Source of the DNA: Ancylonema sp.
Lineage: Eukaryota
Length of the DNA: 64,000 nucleotides
Assembly (NCBI GenBank): GCA_050230475.1
Contig: JBFLGF010000025.1
Span: 1-64,000, forward strand
Direction: 5' to 3'
This document shows, one piece after another, positions 51,913 through 64,000 of this stretch; position 1 is the first letter of the stretch, and every line of letters begins with the position of its first letter. The notes below the pieces were generated by a model, which saw only the letters and a list, made by a program, of their open reading frames with translations, did no database searches and was not told the DNA's origin. Position numbers and translations under genes: made by a program.

Positions 51913-52546
51913 CTTGCAGGGGGGCGGCGCAGAAAAATATCCATCTGCTTTTACATACATAAATACCCCCAGCTGTGATATCAATTATTGGGACATACAT
52001 GTGAATGTATATATGCATGTACACATGAGTATATACAGATGTGCAAGTTTTCATATGTTTGTGTTACTGTGCACATTTACATTCATTTTTTGTACCTTGT
52101 TATTGTATTCCAAGAATATGCATAAAGTGATGTACGTACAGAGCCTGATGTGCGTGTACAATGTGTCTGACCTCACTAAATGTGATGTTATTAAATGTGA
52201 TGGTGTCAGATTCAATGACATCATCTTCAAAGTCCCCATAAATATTTATTAATTATACAGATGTACGCACGCATTTACGTACATACGAACATGTAATGTA
52301 GATCCTACAGATCGAGATACTGTAATGCCCCTTCCACCACCCGCATTCCTTCCCTCGCGACCAAGTGAGGCGCAACTTTAGGCACAAGTCCAGCGCCAGC
52401 TGGTAGCCGCCAGAGTCGCAGAGGCTCGATCTCCCACCATCCTCAGGCCTTCCCACTCGGTAGACTCCAAGAAGGTAGCCGAGGCGCCCATGTGTCACAC
52501 CTCAGGTGCAAGTGAAATACGCCAATGATCTGCCTCCCCCCTGCAG

Positions 52547-53336
52547 ATACTTTCCTACCTATCCCCAGAGGACATCTGTCGCGTCGCCGCCGTAAATCAC
52601 GTCTGGGCCGCAGCCGCAAAATCCGATGAGGTCTGGACGGGAAAACTGCCCCTACAAGACTCTGGTGTCCCTCCCCCTTTCTCCCCGGGGGTTGGGAGAG
52701 CAGGAGGCGGAAGGTGGGGAGGAGCAGCAGCAGCAGGGGATGGAGGAGTCTATGATCAAGAATTGTCTAAGCTCCAGGCAGTCCTTCGTCCAGCTGGCAG
52801 AAGGAGTGGTGGTCGCAAAGGGTCAGCAACGCGTGTCACTCGATCCTTGCTCGGGATCCTTTCGGGTCGCCTTCTCTGTCCCTATGTCCCTACGTGGGCG
52901 TGTTTGTCCCCCAAAAACCCTGAAAGCTGGACCTATGACGTGGTAGCACGTGGCTCTCCCTTCTAGAAAATCACAGAGGCTCATCCCTACTCTTCCTACA
53001 TGCTCGGGGGCTCAATCATTGGCCAGGTGCCACCTCGCAGGTACTCAGAGGCCTGGCGTCTATCCAGGTGTCAAGGCGGGGAGCAGATCAAACCAAAGTT
53101 GCCCCTCTGTCTGCGTCTCCTTTATTGATGCCAGTGGGCCGCTTGGCCCGCCCCTTAACCTGGGGTAGCAGGATGGGTTACTGGAGAGCCGGATAACCGG
53201 ACACAACTTTTCCCAAGAGTCCCAGCAGGTCACCTGTGTGCCTGTGGCGGAATCCAGGGTGCTCCACGTGCCTATATCAAGAGAAGTCGTGCTGGCTGAG
53301 ATTGAGGTGAAGGCGGTTAACCGGGAGAGGTTGTGA
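52547..53336 (+). pseudogene. F-box protein with PP2-like C-terminus, frameshifted (probable pseudogene)
   Basis: After a poly-C/CAG acceptor comes ILSYLSPEDICRVAAVNHVWAAAAKSDEVWTGKLP (F-box). The PP2-like SFVQLAEGVVVAKGQQRVSLDPCSG lies in another frame. TAG at 52964-66. Ends REVVLAEIEVKAVNRERL*. Confidence 0.6.
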
Positions 53337-53759
53337 GTTAACCGTGTAACTGAACCAAGTTCAGGGGTGGTCGTGGGTTGAGCACCTGTTTGTGGATTCG
53401 GTGGTGCTGCAGCAGTTAGAGTGGGGGGGAGGTTGGGGACTGAGAGGTGGGTGGGGACGCATTCATTTGCTTGTATGAGTATGTGAGGAGGGAGGGGGGG
53501 GGGTGGGGGGGGCAAGAGGATGGACATTTTTGTGGGGGGGGTTTCATTTTCTTTTTTCAAGTTCATGTTGTGCATAGGTTGGGTAATGGGAAAGAATAAG
53601 GAATAGAGGTCGAATTGCGATACCTTAAGTTTGACAATCATGTTCGTAAGATACAAATGTCAATAGGAGAATTCTATGCAAGTTTTTTTTTGTCCTCCTC
53701 TCCTCTAGTGAGCAACTGCTTCAAGCCAATGACTCGTAGGATCTCTTTGCAAACTCCCT

Positions 53760-54489
53760 CTAGCCCCTGGAACTCAGTTTACACAAAATGATGAACCAAC
53801 TCTTCCCCCTACCCCTGAAGAAATAACAGATTTTCGAGGGAAATTGGGATCTCTCATATATGCCATGAAACAAACCAGACTGGACATCGGGTATGCACTT
53901 GGGGTACTGGCAAAACACATGGGAAATCCTGGGGTTGCACATCCTGGGGTCGCACACATAAGGGCGTTACATCAACTATTCAGATACCTTAAAGGGACTG
54001 TGTTTGTGGGTAAAGACAGCTTTGAAGTAAAGGGTTACTGCGATGCATCATGGAACAGTTGCAGCATGACAGGCAAGTCAGTCACAGGATGGTAACCACG
54101 GTTGGGGGGACAGCACGAGTTGGAAGTCGCAGAAGCAGTCCACTGTTGCACAGAGCACTGCTGAGGCTGAATATATCGCTGCCTGTAGTGTATCTAAAGA
54201 GTGCTGTTATCTAAAGTCTCTCTAAAGAACTCAAGTTTCCAAACCAAATCACAATCCACACTGATTCTCAACCTCAGCTCTCTCCATGATCCAGAATCCT
54301 GTGCAACGACAAAAAGCAAAACACTTTAATGTGGTATATCACTGGGTACGGGAATGCCACAGCACGGGGAGACTAAAATATGTGTATCTTGCAGGTGCCA
54401 ATCAACCAGCAGATATGCTAACCAAAGCTCTTCCTCAAGTTTTACTGGACAGACACAGCAAAAGTCTAGGTTTTGGACGGTTATACTGA
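53760..54489 (+). mobile_element. Ty1/Copia pol remnant (RT C-terminus and RNase H), degenerate
   Basis: Motifs LGSLIYA..TRLDIGYALGVLA, RYLKGT, GYCDASW, SWKSQKQSTVAQSTAEAEYIA, KHFNVVYHWVRE and NQPADMLTKAL, with stops and frameshifts. Followed by a PPT-like AAATGGGGG and a TGTCA LTR start at 54498. Confidence 0.92.
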
Positions 54490-55170
54490 AATGGGGGTGT
54501 CAGTCTTTTCTTTTATTTTTATTATCGAAGGTTTCGAATGCCATGCATGTTGGCAGGGGGTGTGTTGTTATGTTTCTTTTCAGGCAGAAGTAATGGGGAG
54601 GGTACACCAACTTCAGCTGATCCAGCTAAGTCACACTCTTACCTTAATACCTTGAAAAGAACACTTGAAAACGCTGAAGGACACTTTAAAAATCAGAAAG
54701 TGTGAATCTGCTCACTTTAAACTTGTCAGTTTGTTTTGAATTTTCGAATGTATGCCTAATCAGTGTTCAAAACTTGTGTCAAAAGTTGGTGCTGATAGGA
54801 CTGGTAATTTTGAAGTTACTGTTTTGAGATTTTTCTGACTGGAAAGTAAAGTTTCAGAATCGTGAAGTTGAAAAAGTTAAAAAATCAAAAATATTTAATT
54901 AGTTTTTTTGTTTTTCGCCTAACTTGTGGTATTTGATTGTATGTTCAGGGCTTCGGCCTGAAAAACGACTAAGGATCTGGAGCGATCGACTTCATGGAGT
55001 TCCGATCGGCTTCCGAACGGCTGCAGCATTTTTCGATAGAATCCCCTAGCATTTATGCGGGAAGACCAAAACTGTTTTTTATATGTTATGCAATGGTTCT
55101 GCCATGATGGCAATGACTTGGGTACTTTTTGTCTGCATCTATGCCAACTTTAGCATGGCATCCGAGGGGG

Positions 55171-55633
55171 TGGTTAGAATATTTTGGATAGCCATATGTT
55201 ATGCTTGCTAGTCCAGTTGTGAACCGGTTACTCTAACCGGGAGCATATTCCTAGATGTGCCTATATGCGGGGCCGGGCAAGTTTGTGCCCGGGCACCTGA
55301 CATGTTCCGACGCTTAGAGAGTTATTTACGCGTCGCGATTGGTTTTTGTTTAGTCGTGCAGAATTGTCCGGCATGTGCCGTTGACATGTAGAAGAGCTGT
55401 CAGTCAATGATAGGCCAACGGTCAATTGTGCCGACCGTCGGCACACAACAATCTGTAAAGCTCATCGGGTATTACCATCCCCGATGCAATCACAATAATA
55501 ATTCGTTCCACACACGCAACTTGTCTCGTTGATCATCAGTGAGAGATCCTTTTGTACGGTTCGTTTTGTCGCCCACCTAATTATTCCGGCACGTCTAATC
55601 ACTCAAAAGCTTATATAATCCCTGTCTTCAACA
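55171..55633 (+). mobile_element. Putative LTR of a second retroelement
   Basis: Preceded by the purine tract GAGGGGG. Starts TG(G)TTAGAATA and ends TTCAACA. No second copy in the window. Confidence 0.4.
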
Positions 55634-55719
55634 TATCCGGAAAGGAAGTCTGCAGACTACAAGAGACGTCAACTGGTTGAAAAACTTTGATTTGCACACC
55701 TGTTCGACATCGAAAAATC

Positions 55720-56170
55720 AATAGGGAAGTTGTTGTTGTTGCTATCCACATTAATCGGCTGCGACTTGAACATGCAAATGAGAGGGTGCTCAAAAGTTTG
55801 GCGCGTAAAAATCTTGTTCGAGGACTTGAGGGGGGACTTTATGGAGTTATGCAAAATTGTGAGGGCTGCAAGCAATGCAAGGCTCATGACAAACCTCATC
55901 TACATCGAGAAATAGGTGCAGGCGAACAAGTGCGTCTAGGAAGGGTGTCATTGGATCTTGCTTGGCCATTCAATCCAGCATCGATCGGAGGTGAAAACTT
56001 CAACATGTTGATTGTCGATGAATTGAGTAGAAAATCTTGGGTAGAAATCCTCACAAATCGCCACAAAGATGATGGAGGGCATCGCTTGAAGCACTGGATT
56101 TCCAATCAAGAAAGACAAGCTGGTAGGCTAATATAAATTTGCGATCAGATCGAGGGGGCGAATTCATGTC
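55720..56170 (+). mobile_element. Ty1/Copia GAG-pre-integrase and integrase N-terminal remnant
   Basis: RLEHANERVLKSLARKNLVRGL..CEGCKQCK, VSLDLAWP..SIGG..LIVDELSRKSWV, then LRSDRGGEF after a frameshift. Confidence 0.85.
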
Positions 56171-59100
56171 ATGCGGCTAGAGATCGTTAGAAAGTAAAGT
56201 CTTTCCAATTGTCGATCCGCTTGAAAAATAGCAATTTTGGTAATTGTCGATTTTTAGTCGTCATATCGAACTCTGTCGTTATATGAGTTTCGATCACTCA
56301 GACGTTTGATTTGATAATTTTTTAATACTCAGTCAATCTAGAAAAGTCGGTGTACCACTTTTTAGATTTTATTTGGGAGTATTTTGTCGTATCCACGAGT
56401 TAGAAGATTCCCAGTGCGCGCCGAGTTTTATCTCAGTCAGCCAGCCTGGCGTTTAAACCGCCGCACGTGTTAAATATAGAACTCTAGAATAGACAGTCAC
56501 GATTAGCTGTCTAGTCGATATTTGTTTTGTACCATAGATCAAGATAAGATCTAGATTACCGCGCGTGTGAAACGGCGCGTCGATTGTACTAAAGCCTAAG
56601 TCGCTTTCTGAACTGCCGGCTTCCGCTGTCAGTTTACGCTTTCTGAATTTCAACAACTCTTTGCAATCGCCATCTTTGCAATCTCCTGTGAATTCGTGTA
56701 TTCTGCAATCGTCAACAATCGTTATCAAGTGCCGTTTGCCTTTGATATTCGCTATGAATTTTTGCAAACTTCGCGTCGCTCCATCCAGCCGTTAAGTTTT
56801 GCGAAATTGCCTGTTTGCTTGTGCGTGCTGTCGCCAAAAATTCGTGTGCCGTTTTGCATACGCATCGTGTGAAATTCTGCCGTAGTCAGAATTATCGTTA
56901 CCCTTGCAAAATCGTGACGGACCTTCGGCTGGATTCTGCTCCAGTGGAGCTGTGACTTTGAAGAATTGCCACAAGATAACTACTTTTTAGTTTACAACGT
57001 TGCAGTATGAAAAAGAAAGCGGTTAGAATTGTAAATCTACCACATAAAATTGCAGATCAAACAGACATCATTTGAGAACAGAGCAGCGCTTCAAACACAG
57101 ACTATCCAAAATGGACTCATTTCCAGAACCAGAATCAGTATGCTTATCTTTTGCATGTCAGATCCAACGTACTGAACCAAATTTAGATCTGAAAACTGCT
57201 TGAGTTTGCACTTTTAGTCTACTAGACACTCACAAAATGTCATGCAATTCGGCTTAAACACCTGTGAGCAATGTCCGTCAAAGTAGGGCTGGTCAAAACA
57301 TTATGCTGATTGAGAGTTATGCCATTTTCGTTGCAACCAAGAGTTTGCATCACTTCAAACGTTGGTAGAGTTTGTAGAACACTTAGTCTCATACGCTGAC
57401 CAATTTTCAGCTGAGTCCGAGGAGCCAATGTGCAACGCCAAAGCCTCTCGTCTTTGAAATGTGCACGCCTTCACGAATTCGGACAACAAATTGCGTTGCG
57501 AATAGAAAATAAATAAATTTCTACTCACTGCGATAATATCCTAAGCTGCTACCCATATCAGAGTACGAGGGAAGACCTTGGATCGAAAAATCGCTCTGAT
57601 ATCAATGAAGCACACTGCCAATGGGCAATGTACGTTTTACTTAACTAGCTATAAATAGCATCTGGGACTCGAACCCAATGTCACGCTGAATCCAGATCTA
57701 CACCAACTAGGACTTCTCAGCACCACAGCGGCTAATATCCTCTAGGTTTGGCGTGAATGCCCTAAGGCAGAGTCCTCGATTGAATCGAACTCCGAATCTA
57801 ATTCAGTTAAAGGCGTTACACGCCCTCAGCTAACGGCGATTGCCAATGTAAGTGCACTGCTCCACGAGCTAACTCTCGATGCGGGCTCCTAGCCCGACAT
57901 TGACGGTTTGACATTACGTCACTTGTCAGTTCGTCTGTACGTTCGGACAAGCATTCGAACCGTCGAAATGCCGAATATAATATTGCCCGGCTATATCTAT
58001 TAGGGTAGCGTTATTCGCACTCCACCAAAAACACTATTCGCACTCCAGGCGCAAATTTTACCGGTTTCGCCACTGCCGATCGACATATATTCGCTGTACG
58101 CGAACAATTGACCCGGCGCATGCTGTGACGAAACCTCCGCATCCCCTTGCAACGATTTCCGTTGTTACTGTTTAGCACGTGCGTGTGCCACATCAGCAAA
58201 ACGACGTGAAATGTCTGGTAGCCTCCTCTCCCTCTCGTTTTCGGCCTCAACTGCACCCCGTCTCTGTCTTCGTACCTTTCACTGCGGGCTGTCGTCATCC
58301 GCAATACACGATTCATCCGCTCTTCGCCGATTCAGATTAAAATTGAGAGCGGAGATGTCCGCTGCGATTCTTGCGTGAAAAGCTTCAATTATTTTGTTAC
58401 TGGGCAAGTTTCTGATACCAGAATAATAAAATATTTACGAAATGATATTTCAAGCGAAAACGCACGCGAAGAGTGGACCGCAATGCCGTCGATCGTAACC
58501 TTCCGGTCACCACGCGGACGAGCTACCGCAACCTAGAGGTCGTGGCCCGGAATTTTAAACACCTGGTACTGGTGTCTGCGACGGCCACGTTGCGCAGACG
58601 GGACGTCAAATTTGGGCGAGATTCCGGCCAATACGACAAATTTAGACCGACGGCTCAGGAAACTCGAGCTCAATTCGAGCCGTATCTACGGTCATCGTCA
58701 ATACTTTCGATAGAACACGAGGAACTCGCTGAAAATGGGACGTTGCCCCAGACTACTCGGACGTTGCCCTAGCTAAGCCCTTATACTCAGGTTCAGGATA
58801 ATACTCAGGTTCAGGGGCGCTGGCACCCTCTCTATAAGCGAACCTGCTTATAGGCGCAATCGAGACTTCGCCAAATATCGATAAGTTGCGGAATGTACAA
58901 CACGTGTACTGTCGATCCGTTACATTTAATTAGGGTTAGAAAGGGTTATTTTGAGGGTTACGACTTCACCCCTGAAAATTATTTTAGGGTTACCGCCACT
59001 CTAGGCATACGGCGTTTGACAACCAGACTCTGCAAGAAGCCACTTTTGAACAAAATTGACCATATCTCCGTATGGCGGCAACTTTGTTATTAGGGTCTTT

Positions 59101-59455
59101 AGGCCTTGGGCTCCGCCCAGTTCTTTCCGCGCGGGGCGACGGTGTAGGAGTAGGTGATACTTTTGCTATGTATGCCAACCTAGATCACGTTAGATAAAAA
59201 TTATAGCTAAAAAGAGTTCACGTACTACCGCTGCTAAAATAGTGTAAATGAAGAACCGCACCTTTTTAAAAAAAAAAAACTAGATTGATAACTGTATGGA
59301 TCTGCATAATAAGCGTTTTTTTTTTTTTTGGTTCAAAAAAGTATAGAGCTCACTATGATTATTATCGCTTGCTGCAATAGCATCCCGCTTCGCCAATAAA
59401 TTATATTTCATTTTGTAACAAAGACTTGAAAAGCTCCCACTTCCAGATTGCTTGC

Positions 59456-60358
59456 CATAGTTACCCGAACCGGAAAAATCAAATTTTGGAACCGAGGTCC
59501 GCCCCTGTCCGAGATGCTGATTGGGACGGACCGCGTGGTTCATAGGGTTTTAGGGTTTTAGGGTTTTTTTGCGGCTATTTTCCAAGGGGCGTTTTGCGGG
59601 TTTTTTATATTTATTTACTATTAGTCAAGCCCTACGTGTTATACATAGGCACCACTTGTGACACGCGTGGTGTTTGAAACATTTCAAAAAGTACCTACAT
59701 AGGAGGCATAAGGATGGTAGGATGCTACAGTTACGAATATTCATTATGTGGTGGGAATATAGATAAATACTTGAGGTATGCGGGGATGAGGCTAAAGCAT
59801 GAGTAGTCAAACGTAGTAGTTTGCCGAATAGTTATGCATGTGATGTGTGATATTTGTATGTGTATATAAGAGTTTTATTACAAAGTTATTTGATATTAAT
59901 GGTGAATGATAGGATATATTGATTCGTTGGAATTTGCAACTTTGAAAATATACAATGTTCACTTTTGGTTCACTTTCGGATGAAAAACATTTTTTTAACA
60001 TTGCAACCACTCTTCATAACATGTGAGCAATGCTGAAATCAGTACATGAGAAAATGATAAAAGATATCATCGATTTTTTTTTCTTAATTGCTAATAATGG
60101 TGTTGGGGGAGTGGGAGCAAAAATATATAAAAAAAACGAGTGAGCACGTTGGTAATTGGGTATTTATTCATTAATGGCTTGGCAAATATATTTTTTTACA
60201 TTTTTTATAGATGGACATTGAAAAACTACACAAAAAAATCAGAACTATAAAAACTGATTTTACCACAAATCGGCAGTCCGAGGTTTTGGGCCTCGAAGGA
60301 CGGACCCCGGTCCAAGTGTGGACCTTCGAACCCGGTTCCGAAGGTTCGGGTAACTCTG
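59456..60358. mobile_element. hAT-type non-autonomous element, 903 bp
   Basis: TIR CA(T/G)AGTTACCCGAACC (15/16 match). The 8-bp flanks TTGCTTGC and TTGCATGC match at 7/8. Contains TTTTAGGG repeats at ~59543-59563. Confidence 0.8.
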
Positions 60359-60880
60359 TTGCATGCAAAAAACTGATTTTGTGATGCATTCCAGATTTGA
60401 AAAAAACATGTTATACTATATCCGTGAGACGTATGAAATAACTATTATCTAGCTACATGAACCTGACAAAGTTGGTCAACCTGCCCTAGGGAAAATCTGG
60501 CTATCGAAAATGCCGGCAAAAAAAATCCAAAACAGAATTTTGGATTTAAAATAACCTCTATTTGGTTACAACTTTTTCAACATCCCCCTAAACACAACCG
60601 ACTACTCTATCACCACACTTGTATGTACAAGTTCCATGTCTTTCTACGGCAAATTTTGCTACATGCACTTCCCAATGAAAAAGGCCTTCCATACACTGCA
60701 CCAACACAACATCCGTACGATTGTACACACGGCTAAATGTGCGTGAACACCCGTGCAAAATGTCACCGGCAACAACAAAACGAGCACTCGATTCGAGTCG
60801 AGCACCACAAGATCCAGAGACTTCGCAGGAGAAAAAATGACCGGGAAGGGGGGGGGGGACAAAGACACACCACCGTCGAT

Positions 60881-63265
60881 CTACCACCAACGTAGCGGTC
60901 TTCCCCATACAAATAACGGGGAGCTGGGTGCAAAACAAAAGTTAAAGGTTGAGAGAGCCCGGAACCTCGCCCTATTCCACACTGACTCCGCCTTCCTGCT
61001 TGCCCCCCTCTCGCAGGTTTGGCATCCTCTTACGCAAGTCCCGCGGTCCCGCAGGCGGGTGGACCCCACCAACCGCCCCTGCTCCCTCTCAAAATCATTC
61101 ACTGCGGCGAGAGAAGGGCGGAGCGGCATGCTCATCCCACCCTTCCTCCCGCCCCGCCCCTCCCCATCGCCCGCCAACCACCTCGTACCGCTGCGGGAGC
61201 GGGTACCCGAGTTTGTCGGAGACGGATCAATGACTTCTTGCTTGACCGCGTTGGCCATCGTGTCGTCGAAACTCACCGCGGTGATGCTCGGACGAGACTC
61301 CAAGGGCCGCAGTTGACCGGATCGGCACCTTCCAACTAGTGCCATGTCAGCAGGGGTTGCCGCCAGGTGGCCCAGCACCACCAGTGCCTCCTCCTCCAAA
61401 CTCCCCACAAAACTGAAGTCTGACGTGGCGCAGGGCAGTCCTGGCTGCCTGACATGGCGTGCGCTGCTGGCCTTCCTCCAGATGACAGGTGGCGCGTTAT
61501 GAGAGGGGGAGAACTGCCCACTTCTGGTCCTGCCACCTGTCTCCAGCCACGCGCTGACCTGGTCGAGGGACTCGTCCACCTCTGGCCCCACTTTCCGGAA
61601 ACCAGTCGGGCTCCTTGGGCTCATTGGGCTCCTTCTCCCGCTCGTGGACTTGTTCATCCAGAACGATTTGGTGAGGAGGTCGCGGTGCGTTCTCAAAAAC
61701 TTGTTGGGGGAGGTCGGTGACTGGCTGAGAGGATGCCACGTGTCAAGAGAGGAATCCGCCAGCGAGAAGCGCGCAGAGGAGGCCTTGCCTCTGAATCCCA
61801 GGGGGCTTTTCAGCAGAGACTTGGTGGGGCGGAGGGGGGGGGGGTGGGGCGCGTGCTGTAGGGCGCGGGTGCGGGGGGAGGGGTCAGAGGTGGAGGGGTG
61901 GGGGGACTCCGTGGTTGGGGGTACTGGTTTCAGGTGACGCTTCTTGCGGTTGGCAGGCAGCTGCAGGAGAACGTCAGGCCTGCTCATAGCCGATTCGTGT
62001 CCGAGACGTGTCGGATTCGTATCCGGTTCGTGTCTGATGTTTGCCCAGGCGTCATCCATGGAGGTGTGGGTGAAGGACAGGTACAGGTCAAGGTAAGGGG
62101 GGGTGCTGCGCTGTCTCTGGAGGTGGGGGGGGGGGCGGTTGGGGGAGTTGAGGCGGGCCGAGGCCTGAATGAAGGCGCAGGTGCAGTGCTTGTGAGACTG
62201 GGTGGACTGCCAGGTGGCGTGAGATTCTGCCAGGTGGCAGAGGGTTGCAGGTAAAGACACGTCAGCCACTGGGGGTAGGGAGGTGCCTGCAGGGAAAGAT
62301 GAGCGGTAGGATTGGAATAAGTTGTGGAACAAGCAACAAGAACATGATGATATGGTAAGGTGATGTCAGCGACAGAAAGGACGTAATCACGAAGTGCACC
62401 GGTATTATTTCTCAGATTATGGCCAAAAAGTCCAAACGGTGCACCAAACTCCATAATCTAATCCTATAGAAACAGAAAACAGGCAGCAGAGACCAAAAAG
62501 AAGACAAACCTCTTCATGCACTTATCGCCAGCTCCACACGTGTCCTGATTGAACTCACCTCCTTGCAGCCAGTGTCGTATTTCCTCTACGATTCCGCGCA
62601 TGACTGTGGCCACGTCATCGCAACCGGACAGCGATCCCGCCATCCGATGGTCTGCCGCAATTCTGATGACCGTCAACTCCAACCCGTCCTGGCCGCCCAC
62701 CGTCCTCGCCCCGAACGGCTTCCACGGGTATGCTGTTCCGGACAACCGCGCGCATCCGCCGCCGATGTCGATGGCGCGAACGGGACTGCGGTTGGCCGTC
62801 AGCATTAGCATCTGCGGCAGGATTCCTACCGACCAGGGACGAATGGGGAGGAGGACGACGTCTTTGGTGGCGTCGGGATGCGCCACGGAAAAACTGCCGG
62901 CCGGCCGGTCACAGACGGTCGGCACCGTACAAGAAACTGGCATCTTCGGGCGACTTGATGGAGGGGCTGATCGTGTCGAGGAGGACGGAACTGGGGGAGC
63001 GGGGGGGGAAAGTCGAGCTGTAGGACGAATCCAAATATGTGCTTCCTGTCCGCGAGGGGATTTTCAATGACGTTGTATCGGAGCCGCTCGATCTGGTTGG
63101 AACGGACGCTTCGTTCATCCATTCCTGGGTGGAGATCGGTGGGGAAACTGAATGTGATTTCCCGGGGCTGCATTTATCCGACTTCAGCCGCCTGATCGTC
63201 TGGCGGAAGTGGCCCCACAACGCGTCAATAATCGCCCATGATTCACGATCGCACGTTTCTGCCAT
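60881..63265 (-). CDS. Hypothetical S/P/R-rich protein gene, structure partly unresolved
   Basis: 483-codon open frame at 60881-62332. The G|GTGAG donor at 62558 and the pyrimidine-rich CAG acceptor (exon start 62286) are phase-compatible with the 62464-62943 frame. The link to the ATG-63265 frame needs a frameshift or an unseen intron. No recognised domain. Confidence 0.4.
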
Positions 63266-64000
63266 GTGTCCTCGAAGCTTCCAACTTTTTTTGGACGTTT
63301 TGAAAACCAGGCGCTGCAGCCCCTTGAATAGGGCACCAGGACCACAAATAAAGAATTTACAAATGGAAGGCGGAATGTGAGGCTGGTGCCATATGTGAGG
63401 CTATTTCCCTGCGAGTCAGGAAAGATGTAGACTACAGAAGGACGATTACGTTATCGGATATAGAACTTGAAGATGCACTGAAATTTGCCTAATGGAGCAT
63501 GACCATGTACAGTGCGGCAGGGTGCTACCAAGAATGTGGGATGGCTTTGATTCCTTCGGTTCTCCGGTTCTACGGCCGCTGTGCGTCGGTTTGTAGACAG
63601 CTGACTATTCGAGGCAAGTAAGGCGGGATTTGTTTCAAGCATGTTTAAAGCATATTCCCACAGGCAAGTGGGAAGTACCGTACTGTCCTTGCCAGCGGCG
63701 GCCGGCAGATTTTGCGACACGTATTTCGGACGGAAATATCCCGCAGCACGTGACTAACATGTTTTCAGATTTTTGAGAATATTTAGGGTGCACTGACGTG
63801 TTAGCTCCTAAAACTCGCTGTCGATCGACTGCTTGTTGGCCAATCAACAGTTGGCCACAACTCCAGCGACCTGAGACATGAGATAACGGCGAATCTAAGA
63901 TAGATTCTGCGTCAACCAGACGATTCTCAATTAATGACTGCATTTATTTCGCATTTTCCGGCATCTACATGGGCTTGTATGATCGCATGAAATCAAATAA

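Noticed and set aside
56180..59400. Short ORFs in this stretch
   Set aside because: No recognisable domains, splice structure or element termini. Left unannotated.
62750..62790. AIDIGG as a hexokinase/ROK phosphate motif
   Set aside because: Only a 6-residue resemblance, with no other ASKHA motifs seen.

Overview
Eukaryotic, intron-containing nuclear DNA from a green plant-lineage genome. Plant-type TTTAGGG repeats, plastid transit peptides and plant-type gene families suggest a streptophyte, but the species cannot be determined from the sequence. Left ~23 kb: five conserved genes, four of them in two head-to-head pairs. These are the first exon of a DUF2301-like gene paired with a small conserved membrane protein, a 3-exon phosphoserine aminotransferase, and a 5-exon GT61 glycosyltransferase paired with a multi-exon AFG2/SPATA5/CIP111-type double AAA ATPase. 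Middle (26-49.4 kb): a tandem array of four 5-exon divergent MATH-like/BTB genes, two intact and two pseudogenised, all with a GC donor at intron 2, interspersed with MITEs and a ~1.07 kb (TA)n tract. Right: an F-box/PP2-like pseudogene, Ty1/Copia relics, a hAT-like element and a poorly resolved gene. The most striking unexplained signal is an exon-locked C-to-G skew in the conserved genes. Poly-C precedes acceptors, synonymous codons change from C-ending to G-ending along exons, and poly-G or telomere-like G-strand repeats follow donors and stop codons. All gene models were spliced by hand and are predictions.
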